A stretch of DNA of 63,955 bases, filler included, from Octopus bimaculoides (Eukaryota), in assembly GCF_001194135.2 (NCBI RefSeq). It is 6 parts of 6 records of this genome, joined end to end, with 100 filler letters (N's around TTAATTAATTAA, not from the genome) between each part and the next. Parts side by side here need not be neighbours in the genome. Positions count along the whole stretch, not along the records: positions 29,683 to 57,461 come from NC_068982.1; 5 more parts are not named here. The stretch is one strand, 5' to 3'. The stretch's first letter is position 1. Each line of letters begins with the position of its first letter. This document shows positions 40,072 through 54,219 of the stretch, piece by piece. The position numbers were made by a program, and so were the translations under genes. The notes beneath the pieces were generated by a model. It was given only the letters and a program-made list of their open reading frames with translations. It ran no database searches and was not told the DNA's origin.

Positions 40072-40154
<83 letters not shown>

Positions 40155-40505
40155 TTTTGACTGCAGGAAATCTATAAAGGATTGATACATATCAAAATGA
40201 AGTCCGCCACAAACTGGTTGGACCGAATGACCAAAAACAGAGGTAATTAATCCATTATCATAGCGCAGAATGCATTGATAAAGGGAAGTTCATTGTTGTT
40301 AGGTAATTCACGACTCCAGTAGTAGCCAAGAAGTATCCAACGATGAATGGGACTTTATGCATGGCATAAAAACATATTGACAAAAACATGAATGGTTTAT
40401 ATGGTGCTGCTACAACTGTTTCGTTAAGACTTTTTATTGTCGTGTCATAAGCATTCTGCACAATTCCCAGAAGAGCGCATAATGTTATGCAATAGGCTAT
40501 CAAAC

Positions 40506-40581
40506 AGAAAAGCGAGCAGTGACATTTTGACTAATCAACGGATCGTCAACGATTGATTAGCATGTCACTGGTCGCTTTTTT
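40506..40581 (+). ncRNA. Candidate pri-miRNA-like hairpin (unvalidated)
   Basis: About 33-bp imperfect stem with bulges and a small loop, in non-repetitive sequence; CNNC (CAGC) at 40588-40591; no expression evidence. Confidence 0.3.
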
Positions 40582-40809
40582 ATTTGGCAGCCTGATGAAT
40601 TGAGATTTGCGCAAAATATTACGTAATCTTATGGATGTTGTGCATAATGCATATCTGACTGTATTATCCTTACGTTACACTTAAGACTTTTAATGAAACG
40701 ATTGTAACAATACTAAATAACCTACTCAATTGTTTTCATCTCGCGTATACACACGCGCACACGCACGCACACACACGTATAGATACACTTCCACGCATAC
40801 ATATGTGTG

Positions 40810-40879
<70 letters not shown>

Positions 40880-40899
40880 TAAACAGATAGATATTTATC

Positions 40900-41100
40900 G
40901 TTGACGTGCTTCAGTCACTGGACAGCGGCCATACTAGAGCACTGCTTTGGAAGGTTTTAGCTGAACGAATCGATCCCACTTCTTATTTAAAAAACAACAT
41001 GGTACTCATTCTATCGGGTCCTTTTTGTTGAACCGCTATGTTACGAGAGTGTAAACAAACCGACACAGGTTGTTAGGCTAAAGTTTGGAGACAAATACAA
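40900..41100 (-). mobile_element. SINE family B, 3' half, decayed
   Basis: TTCAGTCACTGGACAGCGGCCATACTAGAGCAC..AACCGCTATGTTACG..AGACAAATAC. Confidence 0.7.
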
Positions 41101-41322
41101 TCACACATTCACGTAAATACATACATACATGCATATATACACGCATGCATACATACACGCATACATGTATGCATGTATGCGTGTATGTATGCATATAATG
41201 CATGTCACGTGTCGAGTGATTTGGTGTCTGATCGATGGAAACTGAAAATATTGACAGTAAATTATGTTTGTATGTGTGTGGGTCTGTGAGTATATGTATG
41301 TGGTTGTTGTTTGTGTGTGTAT

Positions 41323-41361
<39 letters not shown>

Positions 41362-41454
41362 CTCAGAAATAACTTAATTCTTGGCGCTTAATACAGCCAA
41401 CTTGTACTAATACTGTACACATGTGAACACACACAACTTTACCTGTGTGCATGT

Positions 41455-42860
<1,406 letters not shown>

Positions 42861-43089
42861 CCTACTCAAAACCCGCCCAAACATACAATCACATCCTCAA
42901 CCACGTCACAAGAGTTGTTCGTCGCAACAGGAATTCTCTGCGATTTGTGCTAAATACCATTTGCAATGTCTCAGACTTGCATCAGCTAAGAAAGAGCACG
43001 AACAAGAAGGAGCAAGGTTACGTAAAAAGATGGAGCAGAGACCGGGTAGCGGCACACGGCATTAGTTTTGTTATTCAGACATACGCAAA

Positions 43090-43350
43090 GTTACGTGGCC
43101 TAGATCACGATCGCTAGATCATGGGTTCGAATCCCTGACCGTTGTGTTCTTGAACAAAACTTCTCATTTCACCTCGCATCAGTTCACTCAGCTGTAAATA
43201 AGGGTCACCCTGTAATGGACTAGCCTTCAAACCAGAGAGAGACCGTTGGCCTGCTCGCCTAGCCAGTGGGGGTGGCGTCGTTTAAAAGCTAAAACAATGC
43301 GAAGCGCATTGTGACCAGCGATGTGTAACGACATACAATAGATTGGTCGA
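43090..43350 (+). mobile_element. SINE family E
   Basis: tRNA-like head with GGGTTCGAATCCC B box, GTTGTGTTCTTGAACAA core, GCATTGTGACCAGCGATGTG tail. Confidence 0.7.
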
Positions 43351-43564
43351 TACCTTGATACCGGAATTCATACATGCATTACGTTCTGAGTTCAAGTCTC
43401 GCCAAGGCCATCTTCGTCTTTCTTCCCTCTGCATGGAAGGCAAAGTTAATCTAGGCGGGATTTAAACTCAGGGGGTCACTCAAATAATGCACCCTTTAAG
43501 TACTGGAGTCTTTGGTATCATCTTTGCCCCTTCACCCCAAATTGCTTGTCAGTCACGTGTTTAA

Positions 43565-43905
43565 ATGAGTTGGCAGAACCTTTAGAGCATCGAGAAATAC
43601 CCTGCAGTAATTGTTCTGGTGCTTTACGATCTGAGTTCAAATTCCGCTGAAATCAGTTTTGCCTTTCATCCCTTCGGGGTCAATAATATGATGTACTAGT
43701 CTAATAATGGTTTCACATTTAGGTACAAGGCCAGCAATATCGGGAGAGGGGGTAAATCGATTACATCGACCCCAGTACTCAGCTGGTGTTTACTTTATCG
43801 ACCATGAAAGGATGAAATTTAAAGTCAGCCTCGGCGGAATTTGAACTCAAAACGTAAAGACGGATGAAATGTCGCTAAGCATTCTGTTCGGTTTGCTAAA
43901 GATTC
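43565..43905. mobile_element. Two SINE C copies tail-to-tail (plus 43565-43695, minus 43715-43905)
   Basis: GAGTTCAAATTCCGC core present in both orientations. Confidence 0.75.
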
Positions 43906-44060
43906 TGCCACTCGGCGTCCTATACCAGTTTAATAATGAGGTCGATGTTACTGGCTGATTCTCTCCTTCAAAATTGCTCACCTTGTCTTTAAATGAGAAA
44001 CGATTATTCACACATACCTGTACAAATACCTGTGGGTATATTTTTTTCATTTGTTAAGAA

Positions 44061-44372
44061 GTAGGTGCAAGTGTGGCTGTGTGGTAAGAAGCTTGCTTCC
44101 CAACCACACGGTTCCGGTTCAGTCCCACTGCGTGACACCTAGGGCAAGTGCCTTCTACTATAGCACTGGGCCAACCAAAGCCTTGTGAGTGGATTTGCTA
44201 GACTGAAACTGAAAGAAGTGTGTGTGTGTGTGTGTGTGCGTGCGTGTTCACTACCGCTTGACAACCGGTGTTGGTGTGTTACATTCCCGTAACTTAGCGG
44301 TTCGACAAAGATGACCGATAGAATAAGTAGCAGGCTTTACAAAAAAATAGTAAGTACTGAGGTCGAAATTTA
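44061..44372 (+). mobile_element. SINE family B, near full length
   Basis: GGTGCAAGTGTGGCTGTGTGGTAAG..(TG)n..CCGCTTGACAACCGG..GATAGAATAAGTAG. Confidence 0.85.
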
Positions 44373-44610
44373 ATGGAAGAAATGGATAGATTTGTTGGTG
44401 TAATCGGTTAGCATACTTATCGCGAAAATAAGGGTTGTGAGTTCGTTCCCCACGCATACTAATACCCATTTTTTCCCGTCTTGGGTTTATATGCCCCAAT
44501 ATTAGATTGTATGCATATTGGCTATGTTTTCGATAGTCAATATGCATACAGTGAAAACTTTCAATTGTATTCACAAGATTTTCACTCGTCTCTATTTCTT
44601 AACATACGCA

Positions 44611-44668
<58 letters not shown>

Positions 44669-45400
44669 GCACACACACACATATATATATATATATATNN
44701 NNNNNNNNNNNNNNNNNNNNNNNNNNNNNNNNNNNNNNNNNNNNNNNNNNNNNNNNNNNNNNNNNNNNNNNNNNNNNNNNNNNNNNNNNNNNNNNNNNNN
44801 NNNNNNNNNNNNNNNNNNNNNNNNNNNNNNNNNNNNNNNNNNNNNNNNNNNNNNNNNNNNNNNNNNNNNNNNNNNNNNNNNNNNNNNNNNNNNNNNNNNN
44901 NNNNNNNNNNNNNNNNNNNNNNNNNNNNNNNNNNNNNNNNNNNNNNNNNNNNNNNNNNNNNNNNNNNNNNNNNNNNNNNNNNNNNNNNNNNNNNNNNNNN
45001 NNNNNNNNNNNNNNNNNNNNNNNNNNNNNNNNNNNNNNNNNNNNNNNNNNNNNNNNNNNNNNNNNNNNNNNNNNNNNNNNNNNNNNNNNNNNNNNNNNNN
45101 NNNNNNNNNNNNNNNNNNNNNNNNNNNNNNNNNNNNNNNNNNNNNNNNNNNNNNNNNNNNNNNNNNNNNNNNNNNNNNNNNNNNNNNNNNNNNNNNNNNN
45201 NNNNNNNNNNNNNNNNNNNNNNNNNNNNNNNNNNNNNNNNNNNNNNNNNNNNNNNNNNNNNNNNNNNNNNNNNNNNNNNNNNNNNNNNNNNNNNNNNNNN
45301 NNNNNNNNNNNNNNNNNNNNNNNNNNNNNNNNNNNNNNNNNNNNNNNNNNNNNNNNNNNNNNNNNNNNNNNNNNNNNNNNNNNNNNNNNNNNNNNNNNNN

Positions 45401-45625
45401 GTGTATGTTTGTGTGTCTGTGTTTGTCCCTACAAACATTGCTTGACAACCGATGCTGGTGTGTTTACGTCCCCGTAACTTAGCGGTTCAGCAAAAGAGAT
45501 CGATAGAATAAGTACTAGGCTTACAAAGAATAAGTCCTGGGGTCGATTTGCTCGACTAAAGGCGGTGCTCCAGCATGGCCGCAGGCAAATGACTGAAACA
45601 AGTAAAAGAGTAAAAGAGTAAAGGA
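45401..45625 (+). mobile_element. SINE family B, 3' half (abuts gap)
   Basis: Near-identical to the other 3' halves; (GTAAAAGA)n tail. Confidence 0.9.
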
Positions 45626-45659
45626 TGGGGAGAAAGAAATGGAAAAAAAACAGTGATAA

Positions 45660-46280
45660 AAGTATCCATCGTCTACAAAGTATGTGAAAGTCCTCCAAAA
45701 CAGACCAGCTAGTTCATCCTCGTCGACGCCGAGAGTTTTCCCGAGAATGTCATCGCTCTTACAAACCACCAGATTTCTCCATATTCCTACCGTAGACCTT
45801 TCACCGATCGCATTGCCTGACTGGTAGAGAGCAGTGAGTGCCTGACCACCTTCCAGATGCCAAGCACCTACTCTTGGTCTTTTTTTAATTTTTGTGACTC
45901 AGGATTGCAGTTTCGTCAAAGAGATGAGCTGCTGAAAAAGCGTGTTTTACAAATAGAGACCACATCGGCTCATCGTCCAGAAAAATCTGTAAATGGTATA
46001 GCCACAGCGCTTGACTGCACTTTAGCAACCGTGACATACCAAGCTTGTCATCCAGAGGGCGCTAGCAACAGATGGGTCGCCTGACTAGTGGAACGCGTCC
46101 TTTCCACAGAAAGTGGAAAAGGAAACGCTTCAGTTCAGCCAAATTGGGACAGGGACAATGTACAAGGGTCAGGCGATAAGTTATTAAAGAGGCGATGTAC
46201 GTATTCGTCATCTCTGCTCGACCTTTCAGAGATAATTTCCTGTCGGCCCATTTCTGAGGGCGACTGACCATCCTGCTTGT
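45660..46280 (-). mobile_element. Tx1/L1-clade LINE ORF2 fragment (post-RT region)
   Basis: QKWADRKLSLKGRAEMTNTYIASLITYRLT..LAELKRFLFHFLWKGRVPLVRRPICC, the typical Tx1-like R.LSL.GR..FLW signature. Confidence 0.8.
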
Positions 46281-46294
46281 AACCTCATCCTATC

Positions 46295-46430
46295 TTTCTA
46301 ATTTTGGCACGAGGTCAGTGCTTTTGAGGAGAGGGAGAAGCGAATTACATCGATTCCAGTTCTTGAGCGGTAATTTATTCTATTGGTACTTATTTCACCG
46401 ATTCCCGAATGGACGAAAGGCGAGGTCGAA
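46295..46430 (-). mobile_element. SINE family C fragment
   Basis: TTTTGGCACGAGG..GAATTACATCGA..GGTACTTATTT..GGACGAAAGGCGAGGTCGA. Confidence 0.65.
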
Positions 46431-46894
46431 CGAGAGATACTCAAAAACATAAAACCTATAATAATAATGATGAAAATTTATGAATTATACAAAAACACGC
46501 AATAATCAATCAAAAAGAAAATGTCTAGTGTAAGCACACGAATCATTGATGACCAAAATAAGACGCTTACTTTAATTTTTACTTGCTTTTGTACACCAAG
46601 TGAGAGGCCATAGAATTTTGTCTTGGAGACTTTTTCCTCTTTATAGGCTTGTCTCAGCAGACACCAGCAAATGTATTGTTTTCTTTTTTCTATATATAGA
46701 AAGAAAAGTGACAGCTTCGCTCCAAATGACCAAGGTAGTGTCTAAAGAGGCGAAACCACGCCGAAACACCGTGTCTGATAGTCCGCTGACATCACTTACA
46801 GCTCAGCTCGATATCCTTACACACAAAGTCTGTCTTTTCCTCCAAGCCAGAATTCCGCTGCATCTGTCTTTCACGTTCTAGTTAGCGTTAAAAA

Positions 46895-47220
46895 TATATG
46901 TACACTTCCTTATTGTAAAAAGAAATAATTGATAATAAAGGCATTAAAAAAATCATTAAGGGTATCCAATCCTTACACGGGTACAACTCCTTCATCTTGG
47001 TCAAGTAAGACCACCTTCCCACAATTCTTTCCGCCTGACGTATGTTCTGTGGGAAACAGATGCACCAAACTGCAATCACAAGACTATTATCGAGATCGGA
47101 AAGACCCAACATTCTCTTACAGACGTTTAAAGATTACAAGTGATGCCTTTGCAAAAATTCTTCCCCACCAATATTGCTGCTATTTTCAACTCACCTCTCC
47201 TGCTCCATCGACCTATTGAT
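46895..47220 (+). mobile_element. Penelope-like element remnant (post-RT and GIY-YIG endonuclease region)
   Basis: Decayed frames: LPYCK.., then TYVLWETDAPNCNHKTIIEIGKTQHSLTD, resembling the PLE VY..C..C...YIGKT motif. Confidence 0.45.
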
Positions 47221-47724
47221 TAATTTTCCTCGAACATTGAACTAAGCAACTCATCCTTATTCTCCCCGATCATTGTGAAGATGAACCCCTGAGTGGCAAG
47301 GGGAGAGTACTGGCTTCTTCTAACACCAAAGACGCCTTCTTGTACTTCTTCTTCTTCTTCTTCTTGTCCTCCTCCTCCTCCCCCCTCCTCCCCTCTTCCT
47401 CTTCCTCTTCCTCCCCGCAACCTTCTCAGCTTCTTTTGCTCCCCGACCATTCTTGCAAGATGCTGGAGAAGCACAACTGTAAGGAATACTTGGGCCTCGT
47501 CACCTTCTGAGAGGAGCAGAAGGTGCAGTGAATTCTTCAGTTTCAAAACTTCCAACTATTTTCTGAAGAATGGGCAGAACATTTTCAATGTATTTGTTAA
47601 TCTAAATTAAATTTCAGAACAAAAACAGAGATTAAATTGGTAATAATTGACTCTAACTATAGAATGGTAAACATTTTCCACCATATAACCACTCGGTTTA
47701 TATTTCCTCTCGGTTTATATTTGC

Positions 47725-48540
47725 CTCTCTTGGATACAAGACCACTATATCACATCACACTTTGAAGGTTGTGCATTTGCAATCCAGGAACATGAAATTG
47801 TCACAAAGTACCTGGTAAGCAAGAGAGACTGTTACGCTCTTGTAATTCCATGGTGAAACCACACGTGTAGGCTATGTCATATTTCTGTGGAAGACATTGC
47901 GCATGTGATTAGCAGCTGACCTAAAAAGTCCTGAAATAAACTTAGAAAATCCCTCTGTTATGGAACACATTCATAAACACCAACTCAAGGAATACTGGTG
48001 GAATATTCCCATAAAAGTGTCTGTCAAATGTAAGCATAACAGGTTGGATATTGTTGTTTGAGACAGAGGGCCGAAGCCATGTACCGTCATAGAGGTCAGC
48101 AGCCCTGCAGATATAAATATCTCTTTGAAAATCAAAGAAAAAAGTCTGCTTCGAAACGTCCAGCTTCTATATCCAGACTACGAATTCATATTCCTACCAA
48201 TAATAATTGGAGCACTAGGTTTTGTTAGTAAGTACTTAAAGGAGAATCTAGATAAATTGGGATTTTCAGAAAGAGAAATCGACCGGCTAATTCGTACATT
48301 ACAAGTGCAATCTGTGAGTGGAACAGTAAAAATATGCAAGACTTTTCTCAAGTTCCAAATGTTAATTTGTCTGTATTAACTACATCCCAAAGAAGGAGCC
48401 TTGTATCTTTGTTAGAAACCAGATAACTCCTCAGTAGAAGATTTATAATAATTAAAAAATAAAAGAGACATACATTCATACATACATTTGTACGTACATA
48501 CATACATACATACATACATACATACATACATACATACATA
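47725..48540 (+). mobile_element. R4/Dong-like LINE 3' portion (zinc knuckle and restriction-like endonuclease) with (CATA)n tail
   Basis: DHYITSHFEG..CRLCHISVEDIAHVISS..WWNIPIK..KHNRLDIVV*D..CTVIEVSSPADINI..LQLLYPDYEFIFLPIIIGALG..GTVKICKTFLKF; small internal deletions; UTR then (CATA)n from 48470. Confidence 0.88.
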
Positions 48541-48829
48541 ACTGCATATATACATATATCCATGCATACTTACATTCATGCATCCTAGCAGGTGGAGCCT
48601 GAAAGCACTCGTTCTATCTAGCAAACTTTGTCTTGGAGACCCTATTTAGGGAATATGAAGTGATACAAGATTTGCAGCGTCGTGTACGAAGTCGGAAACG
48701 AATCACAGCCTCAGTTCGACCGAACGTTGATTTAGTTCTCTGGAACTGCCTGCGCGACTGTAAAAGATCTTTGTAAATAGAAAATAGAAAAGTGGACAAT
48801 GGGAACAACACCAGTCAGCGGATCGGTTG

Positions 48830-49350
48830 TTGTTGTGGTGGTGGTTTAGCGTCATTTCCAGCCTAATCGATCAGATCCATCATGAAAGGCTTTCCAATCG
48901 TGACTCTCCGGCTTTTCTTTTTACTTCCAGACGTAGTCTATCTAGGACAACGTTATCCAATGTGTCCTTCATTTTCAAAGGGCATGTAGTGATACAAAAA
49001 AGATTTGGTTGCAGTTCTCTGAACGAGCAGACGTATGATCAAAGTCTTTCCAAATGTGACTATCCCGCCTTTTTCTTTTCAGACATTGTGTATCTAAGAC
49101 TACAATATTACATGTGTCCTTTCCGTTTTTTCAGCAATGTGGAGTATTATTAGAAAGAGATAGTAACTATTTCTTGTCGATCGAATCTCAAAGCAGGGGC
49201 TTCCTTTTTATCTTTTCTTTTCATACAATGTGTATCGAGGATTACATTATCAAATGTGTCCTTTCCTTCTTTTCGGTGATAAGGAGATTGGTATTTCGAT
49301 CTATTTCCAGCAGATCGAGATACCAAGTAGAGATACAGTTTTTCTAATGA
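48830..49350 (+). mobile_element. Stacked copies of SINE-like family D
   Basis: Three repeats of TATC(T/G)AGGA..AATGTGTCCTT; homologous pieces at 30280-30450 and 49670-49890. Confidence 0.55.
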
Positions 49351-49934
49351 CAACAGGCTGTTTGGTTGCTAATGAGGCAATGTTTGACGCTATTTATTCT
49401 GAAAGCCAAAAATACCTGAGACGGCAGAGGATATTGCCATGGCAACACTTGACAAACAAGGCGATTGTACGAAAATACCTAACTTAAAACAGGGCAAGGT
49501 ATGCTGTCATAGCAACGCCTGTCACAAGACAGAATTGCTTTACATATTTGATATCGCTTTGGCTTTAAACAGTTAATCACGTGATGTTTCTTCTGAGAAG
49601 ACGGCAGATTCTGGCGTGGTTGTTGTTGTGGTTGTTGCTCATGGCGACGACGGCGACGATATTGATGGTGTTACTCATCACCAGGCCAAATGTGATCGAA
49701 CAGAACTATTTTTAAAGCGTTCCAGCCATGACCATACCATCTTATCTTCAAGAAGTGTTTCTAAGATTATAAGTATATAACAAGTATCCAACATGGCCTT
49801 CGATCAATTTTTAAAGTGGTACGGTGAAGTTTGAGAAATCTGGTTGCTATTTCTGGCCAGTCAAGCAGCCACGTAGAGGCTCCGCTCTTTGATTCCAAGT
49901 TGCAAATAACATATTTCTGTCAAGCGCACGAAAT

Positions 49935-50440
49935 ATCTCAAACATACGAAACATATTTGTATCTAACGCATCAAATATTCTATTGAATCAAACATACCAA
50001 AGATACCACTGCATCAAACATATCAAACATTCTATCGAATCAAATTTATCAAACATCTCATTGAGTTCATTACATCAAACATGAAACATACTCCTGTATT
50101 AAACACAAAACATATTTGTTATATATATCAAACATTCCTCTGTATCAAACACACTTCATTGTATCAAACATACTAACCATTCCATTGTGTCTAACATATC
50201 AAACATTCTATTGTATCTCATATGTCAATGTCCCAAACATATTTGGAGCTAACATGTCAAGCATTCTTTTACGTCAAACCTATCAAAGATTTGCATGATA
50301 CATATCAGACATATTAAGCATTCTATTACATCAATATCGAACACGCTATCGTATCACTATCAAATAGCCTGGTAAACTTTAAAACACGTGTGTCAAGCAT
50401 ATTAATATATATTTGTATTAAACACATCAAACATCAAACG
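49935..50440. repeat. Degenerate minisatellite built on ATCAAACAT
   Basis: Recurrent ATCAAACATATCAAACATTCTATTG-like units of about 25 bp. Confidence 0.8.
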
Positions 50441-50814
50441 TTCTTTTAAATCTCACAACGAGAGATATTCAGCAACAGTACTTTTGGAGTAAAAGTTGTT
50501 TGCCAACATAACATGGCAGTCCTCGTTTAGGACGAATGTTTAGGATGAGTGTTGCTGTACTTATACGACATGATCTGTGTCCTTATGTTTTAGAACAAGG
50601 GAATCTAGCACCCCTACTCAGCTCAAAACAATATCTGTGTATCGCGATTTAAAAGTAGTAATTTTTTAATTTATAGATCAGTGACAAGTTGTCCCTTTGA
50701 AAACTCTATATTTCGAACGGGAATTTGGCAGCGCCACCTCTAGTTGAACAATTATTCTGTCCTGATGAAGTGAGTTTGACTAACTAATTACACAGCTTTA
50801 TCGTAACGATTCGA

Positions 50815-51195
50815 GGCACTCCGTCGGTTACGACGACGAGGGTTCCAGTTGATCCGATCAACGGAACAGCCTGCTCGTGGAATTAACGTGCAAGTGGCTG
50901 AGCACTCCACAGACACGTGTACCCTTAACGTAGTCCTCGGAGATATTCAGCGTGACACAGACTGTGACAAGGCTGGCCCCTTTGAAATACAGGCACAGCA
51001 GGAACAGGAAGAAAGAGTGAGAGAAAGTTGTGGTGAAAGAGTACAGCAGGGTTCGCCACCATCCCCTGCCGGAGCCTCGTGGAACTTTTAGGTGTTTTCG
51101 CTCAATAAACACCCACAACGCCCGGTCTGGGAATCGAAACCCCGATTTTACAACCGCGAGTCTGCTGCTTTAACCACTGGGCCATTGCGCCTCCA
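50815..51195 (-). mobile_element. tRNA-derived SINE family A, full length
   Basis: Homologous to 16722-17108. Confidence 0.92.
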
Positions 51196-51219
51196 CATTA
51201 CCTAAGATATGACTAGCGC

Positions 51220-51640
51220 AACTATAACATAACGGGTAACAGATGACGTTGCAGTAACTATTAGATAACAGATAACATCAACGTAGCGAATCTATAATAC
51301 ATAACAGATAGCAGCCATAATTATCGCACAAAAGATAACCTTAACGTAATTACCACGTGACATCATTGACGTAACTATCACATAACAGATATCTTTGATG
51401 TAACTGTTAAAAAACAGATAACATCAACGTAACTAATGCATAATTTTAACGTAACCATTATCTAACTGATAACTTCCATAACTATTACACAAAAGGCGAC
51501 GTTAACGTAACGTAACTACCACGTAACGAATAGCTTTGACGTAACTATAACATAACAGATAACTTTGACATAACTAATGCATAACAAATAGCTTTGACGT
51601 AACTAATGCATAACAAATAGCTTTGACGTAACTATCAGAT
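51220..51640. repeat. Degenerate ~29-bp minisatellite (GACGTAACTAATGCATAACAAATAGCTTT)
   Basis: Two near-identical adjacent units at about 51568-51625; more diverged units upstream. Confidence 0.8.
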
Positions 51641-51655
51641 AAAAATTGACTTTAA

Positions 51656-51810
51656 GGAGTGGCTGTGTGGTAAGTGGCTTGCTTAGCAACCACACGGTTT
51701 CGGGTTCAGTCCCACTGCGTGGCACCTTGAGCAAGTGTCTTCTACTATAGCCTCGGGCCGACCAAAGCCTTGTGAGTGGATTTGGTAGATGGAAACTGAA
51801 AGAAGCCCAC
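51656..51810 (+). mobile_element. SINE family B, 5' half
   Basis: GGAGTGGCTGTGTGGTAAG..GGAAACTGAAAGAAGCCC, not followed by a 3' half. Confidence 0.88.
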
Positions 51811-53169
51811 CGTGGCCATGTGGCCACCACCACAGCTATCACAAGCTTTTCACCGAGATTTTATAAAAATTGATTTTAGACAAACCGTGGCAATTTTGTC
51901 TCCTAAGACAGTTTAAAATGGTAGATTTATAACCTTTTTGAAATACCATGAGCTGCCAATCTCAAGATTTGCACTTTAATGATGTGCTTCACACCTGTAC
52001 ATCTCCATAGCAACAGTTAATAGGTGAAACAGGTACGTGAGAGATTTAGTTTCTTACCGGAAACGAACCTGATTTTTCTGGCTTCAGGGTGGTAAATTTT
52101 AAGGGGTATACTTTAGAACCTTATAATGATTTCTAACATTGGCAGAAACTCAGAAATTGGCACTGTCATGGTATTAGCTGTCAGAAGTGAAAGTAGAAAA
52201 AATTGACAAGGAACGTTACTGCTGGTTACATTTATTTTAAAACTTAACTTCAAACTTCATTTGTTTTCTATTTTGATAAATTCTCTCTGTTGAAAACTAT
52301 TTTTATATCTTAAATAATTTGCAATTTCAGAAAATATATTTTTATATTAAATTTGCGTTTTCTAATTTGATAAATTCTACGGACACAAACGAAGTTGGAC
52401 GAGTGAAAGATAGATAGATATAGAGAGAGAGATAGATAGATAGAGAGATAGGCAGACAGACAGACAGACAGACNNNNNNNNNNNNNNNNNNNNNNNNNNN
52501 NNNNNNNNNNNNNNNNNNNNNNNNNNNNNNNNNNNNNNNNNNNNNNNNNNNNNNNNNNNNNNNNNNNNNNNNNAGATAGCTCCGGCCAGTCAGTAGCCAA
52601 AGAATCAACCCAAACCAGCAGGCGGACAGACAGACAGACAGATAGATAGGGGAACAGGAAATATTTACATGTCTTTCGACTCTTAGGAAGACCTCGTCAT
52701 TTCTTCGAGGCATGTTTGGTGGTTGACTTTGAATATAACGATGTCCAGAAGCTCGATAGTTTTCCAGAAAGTTGAAACCAACGTCATCCCTTCCGTGATC
52801 TCTACTCAACGTAAGAAACAGAAATAAACATTGTAGAGCAAGATTTTGTCAAGCTGAATACTTTCATTATCTGTGATGAAATATCATTGATTCAGCTGAG
52901 ACTTGAGTGAACCAGCTTCTTGAAATGCTTTCCAGTTTTTTGTTAGATGAAGTTTATTTCGTTCCTCTTATCGATGTCTCCCGAATAATGCAACTTTGAG
53001 ACGTCAGACGAATGTTTGCCGTATACTTCGCATTATCGTCGTCATATGTGTGGCTTATTGTATTGCTAAGCTTGTAAAGCTCGTTCCGATCTCTACGTTC
53101 TTTTTTACCACAAACAAACCAAGTCCTTAAGGAAAGTGACCAGAATCTTCGACATGAGACCTTCTTAGC

Positions 53170-53730
53170 AAGGGTTTTCAACACCCTTCACCAATTTCCA
53201 AAATAACACCAAAGAAAGCGTTGCATGTACTCCCCACTCATCTCTTAATCCCTTATGTGATCTGGGGTCCATCTTCTAACCATCTGATCCTACTAGTCAT
53301 GGTATCATTAATGCCTTATTACTCTTGGAGCAGCACATGTCTATATTCAGTTTACTCCCGACTCAGAACTGCAATTCTAACCCCTCCCATCCCCACCCTC
53401 TCTGTCTCCCCCTCTCTCTCTTCCAAGATACAGGCATAACCATGCAAGTGAAGGACACTGTCTATAGAATCTAAAGGAAGTCACCGTCACCAACTGGAAG
53501 GTGCCTATCCACCTTCACGAAGTTTGTAAAACGCCCGTAAGGAAAGCAAATAAATCGTTCACCCATTCCAATACGTCCTTGACATATTGCATGAAAAAAC
53601 ATAAAATGAAATTAGGAGATATTCTCTTTATGGTAAGAAACCAAAATATCTGGTACTTCAGACTGTTGTTCGCTCTCCCTGGAATAAGTCCTGGACAGGA
53701 CATTAAAGTGCATCCGGAGGGAAGGCCCTA
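53170..53730 (-). mobile_element. Tx1/L1-like RT fragment, heavily decayed
   Basis: GLIPGRANNSL..VKDVLEWV..RWI..RQCPSL, in the order of the L1 RT motifs (IPGRSI, KAFDRV, QGCPLS). Confidence 0.5.
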
Positions 53731-54219
53731 GTTTAGTATTTCGGAAATTTAAAGGAACAGGGAGTTACTTCTTCGGCCACCACTACTCCCAGGTACACTC
53801 TGACCGCGGTGGTATCTACCAAATGCACCGGTCATATGTCAAATAGGAGACGGTAGTCCTGGGGTTGAAACAAACAAGACTTGGGGGCGGGCTAACTTGT
53901 AGACATGTCAAGGGGACGCACTGCTTTGTTGGCAAGCCTTGATGTCACATGACCACTCCCCTTACATAAAGGTTAAATAGGGAGTCTGTCTTCAGAATAA
54001 GGTTGTGAGAACAGGAGACAAGCATAGCCAACTGTATTTAAGTCAGCAATAAACAAGTAACCACTGCTGTGTAGCAAATCTGCACTCACTTCATCTGACG
54101 CCCGTTTTCATTCCAGCTATTCACACACAGAATAAAACTCCTCCTACTCTCTCCGTCTGTCATCTTTAAAATCAGAATCTTCATTGAACCTCTCTCCCTC
54201 TCTTTTTCACCTTCAATGA

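Noticed and set aside
49935-51640. CRISPR-like array
   Set aside because: Units are degenerate tandem repeats without unique spacers, in a eukaryotic context.
52640-53170. Possible RTE-like LINE remnant on minus
   Set aside because: Only vague similarity; no diagnostic motif intact enough to call.
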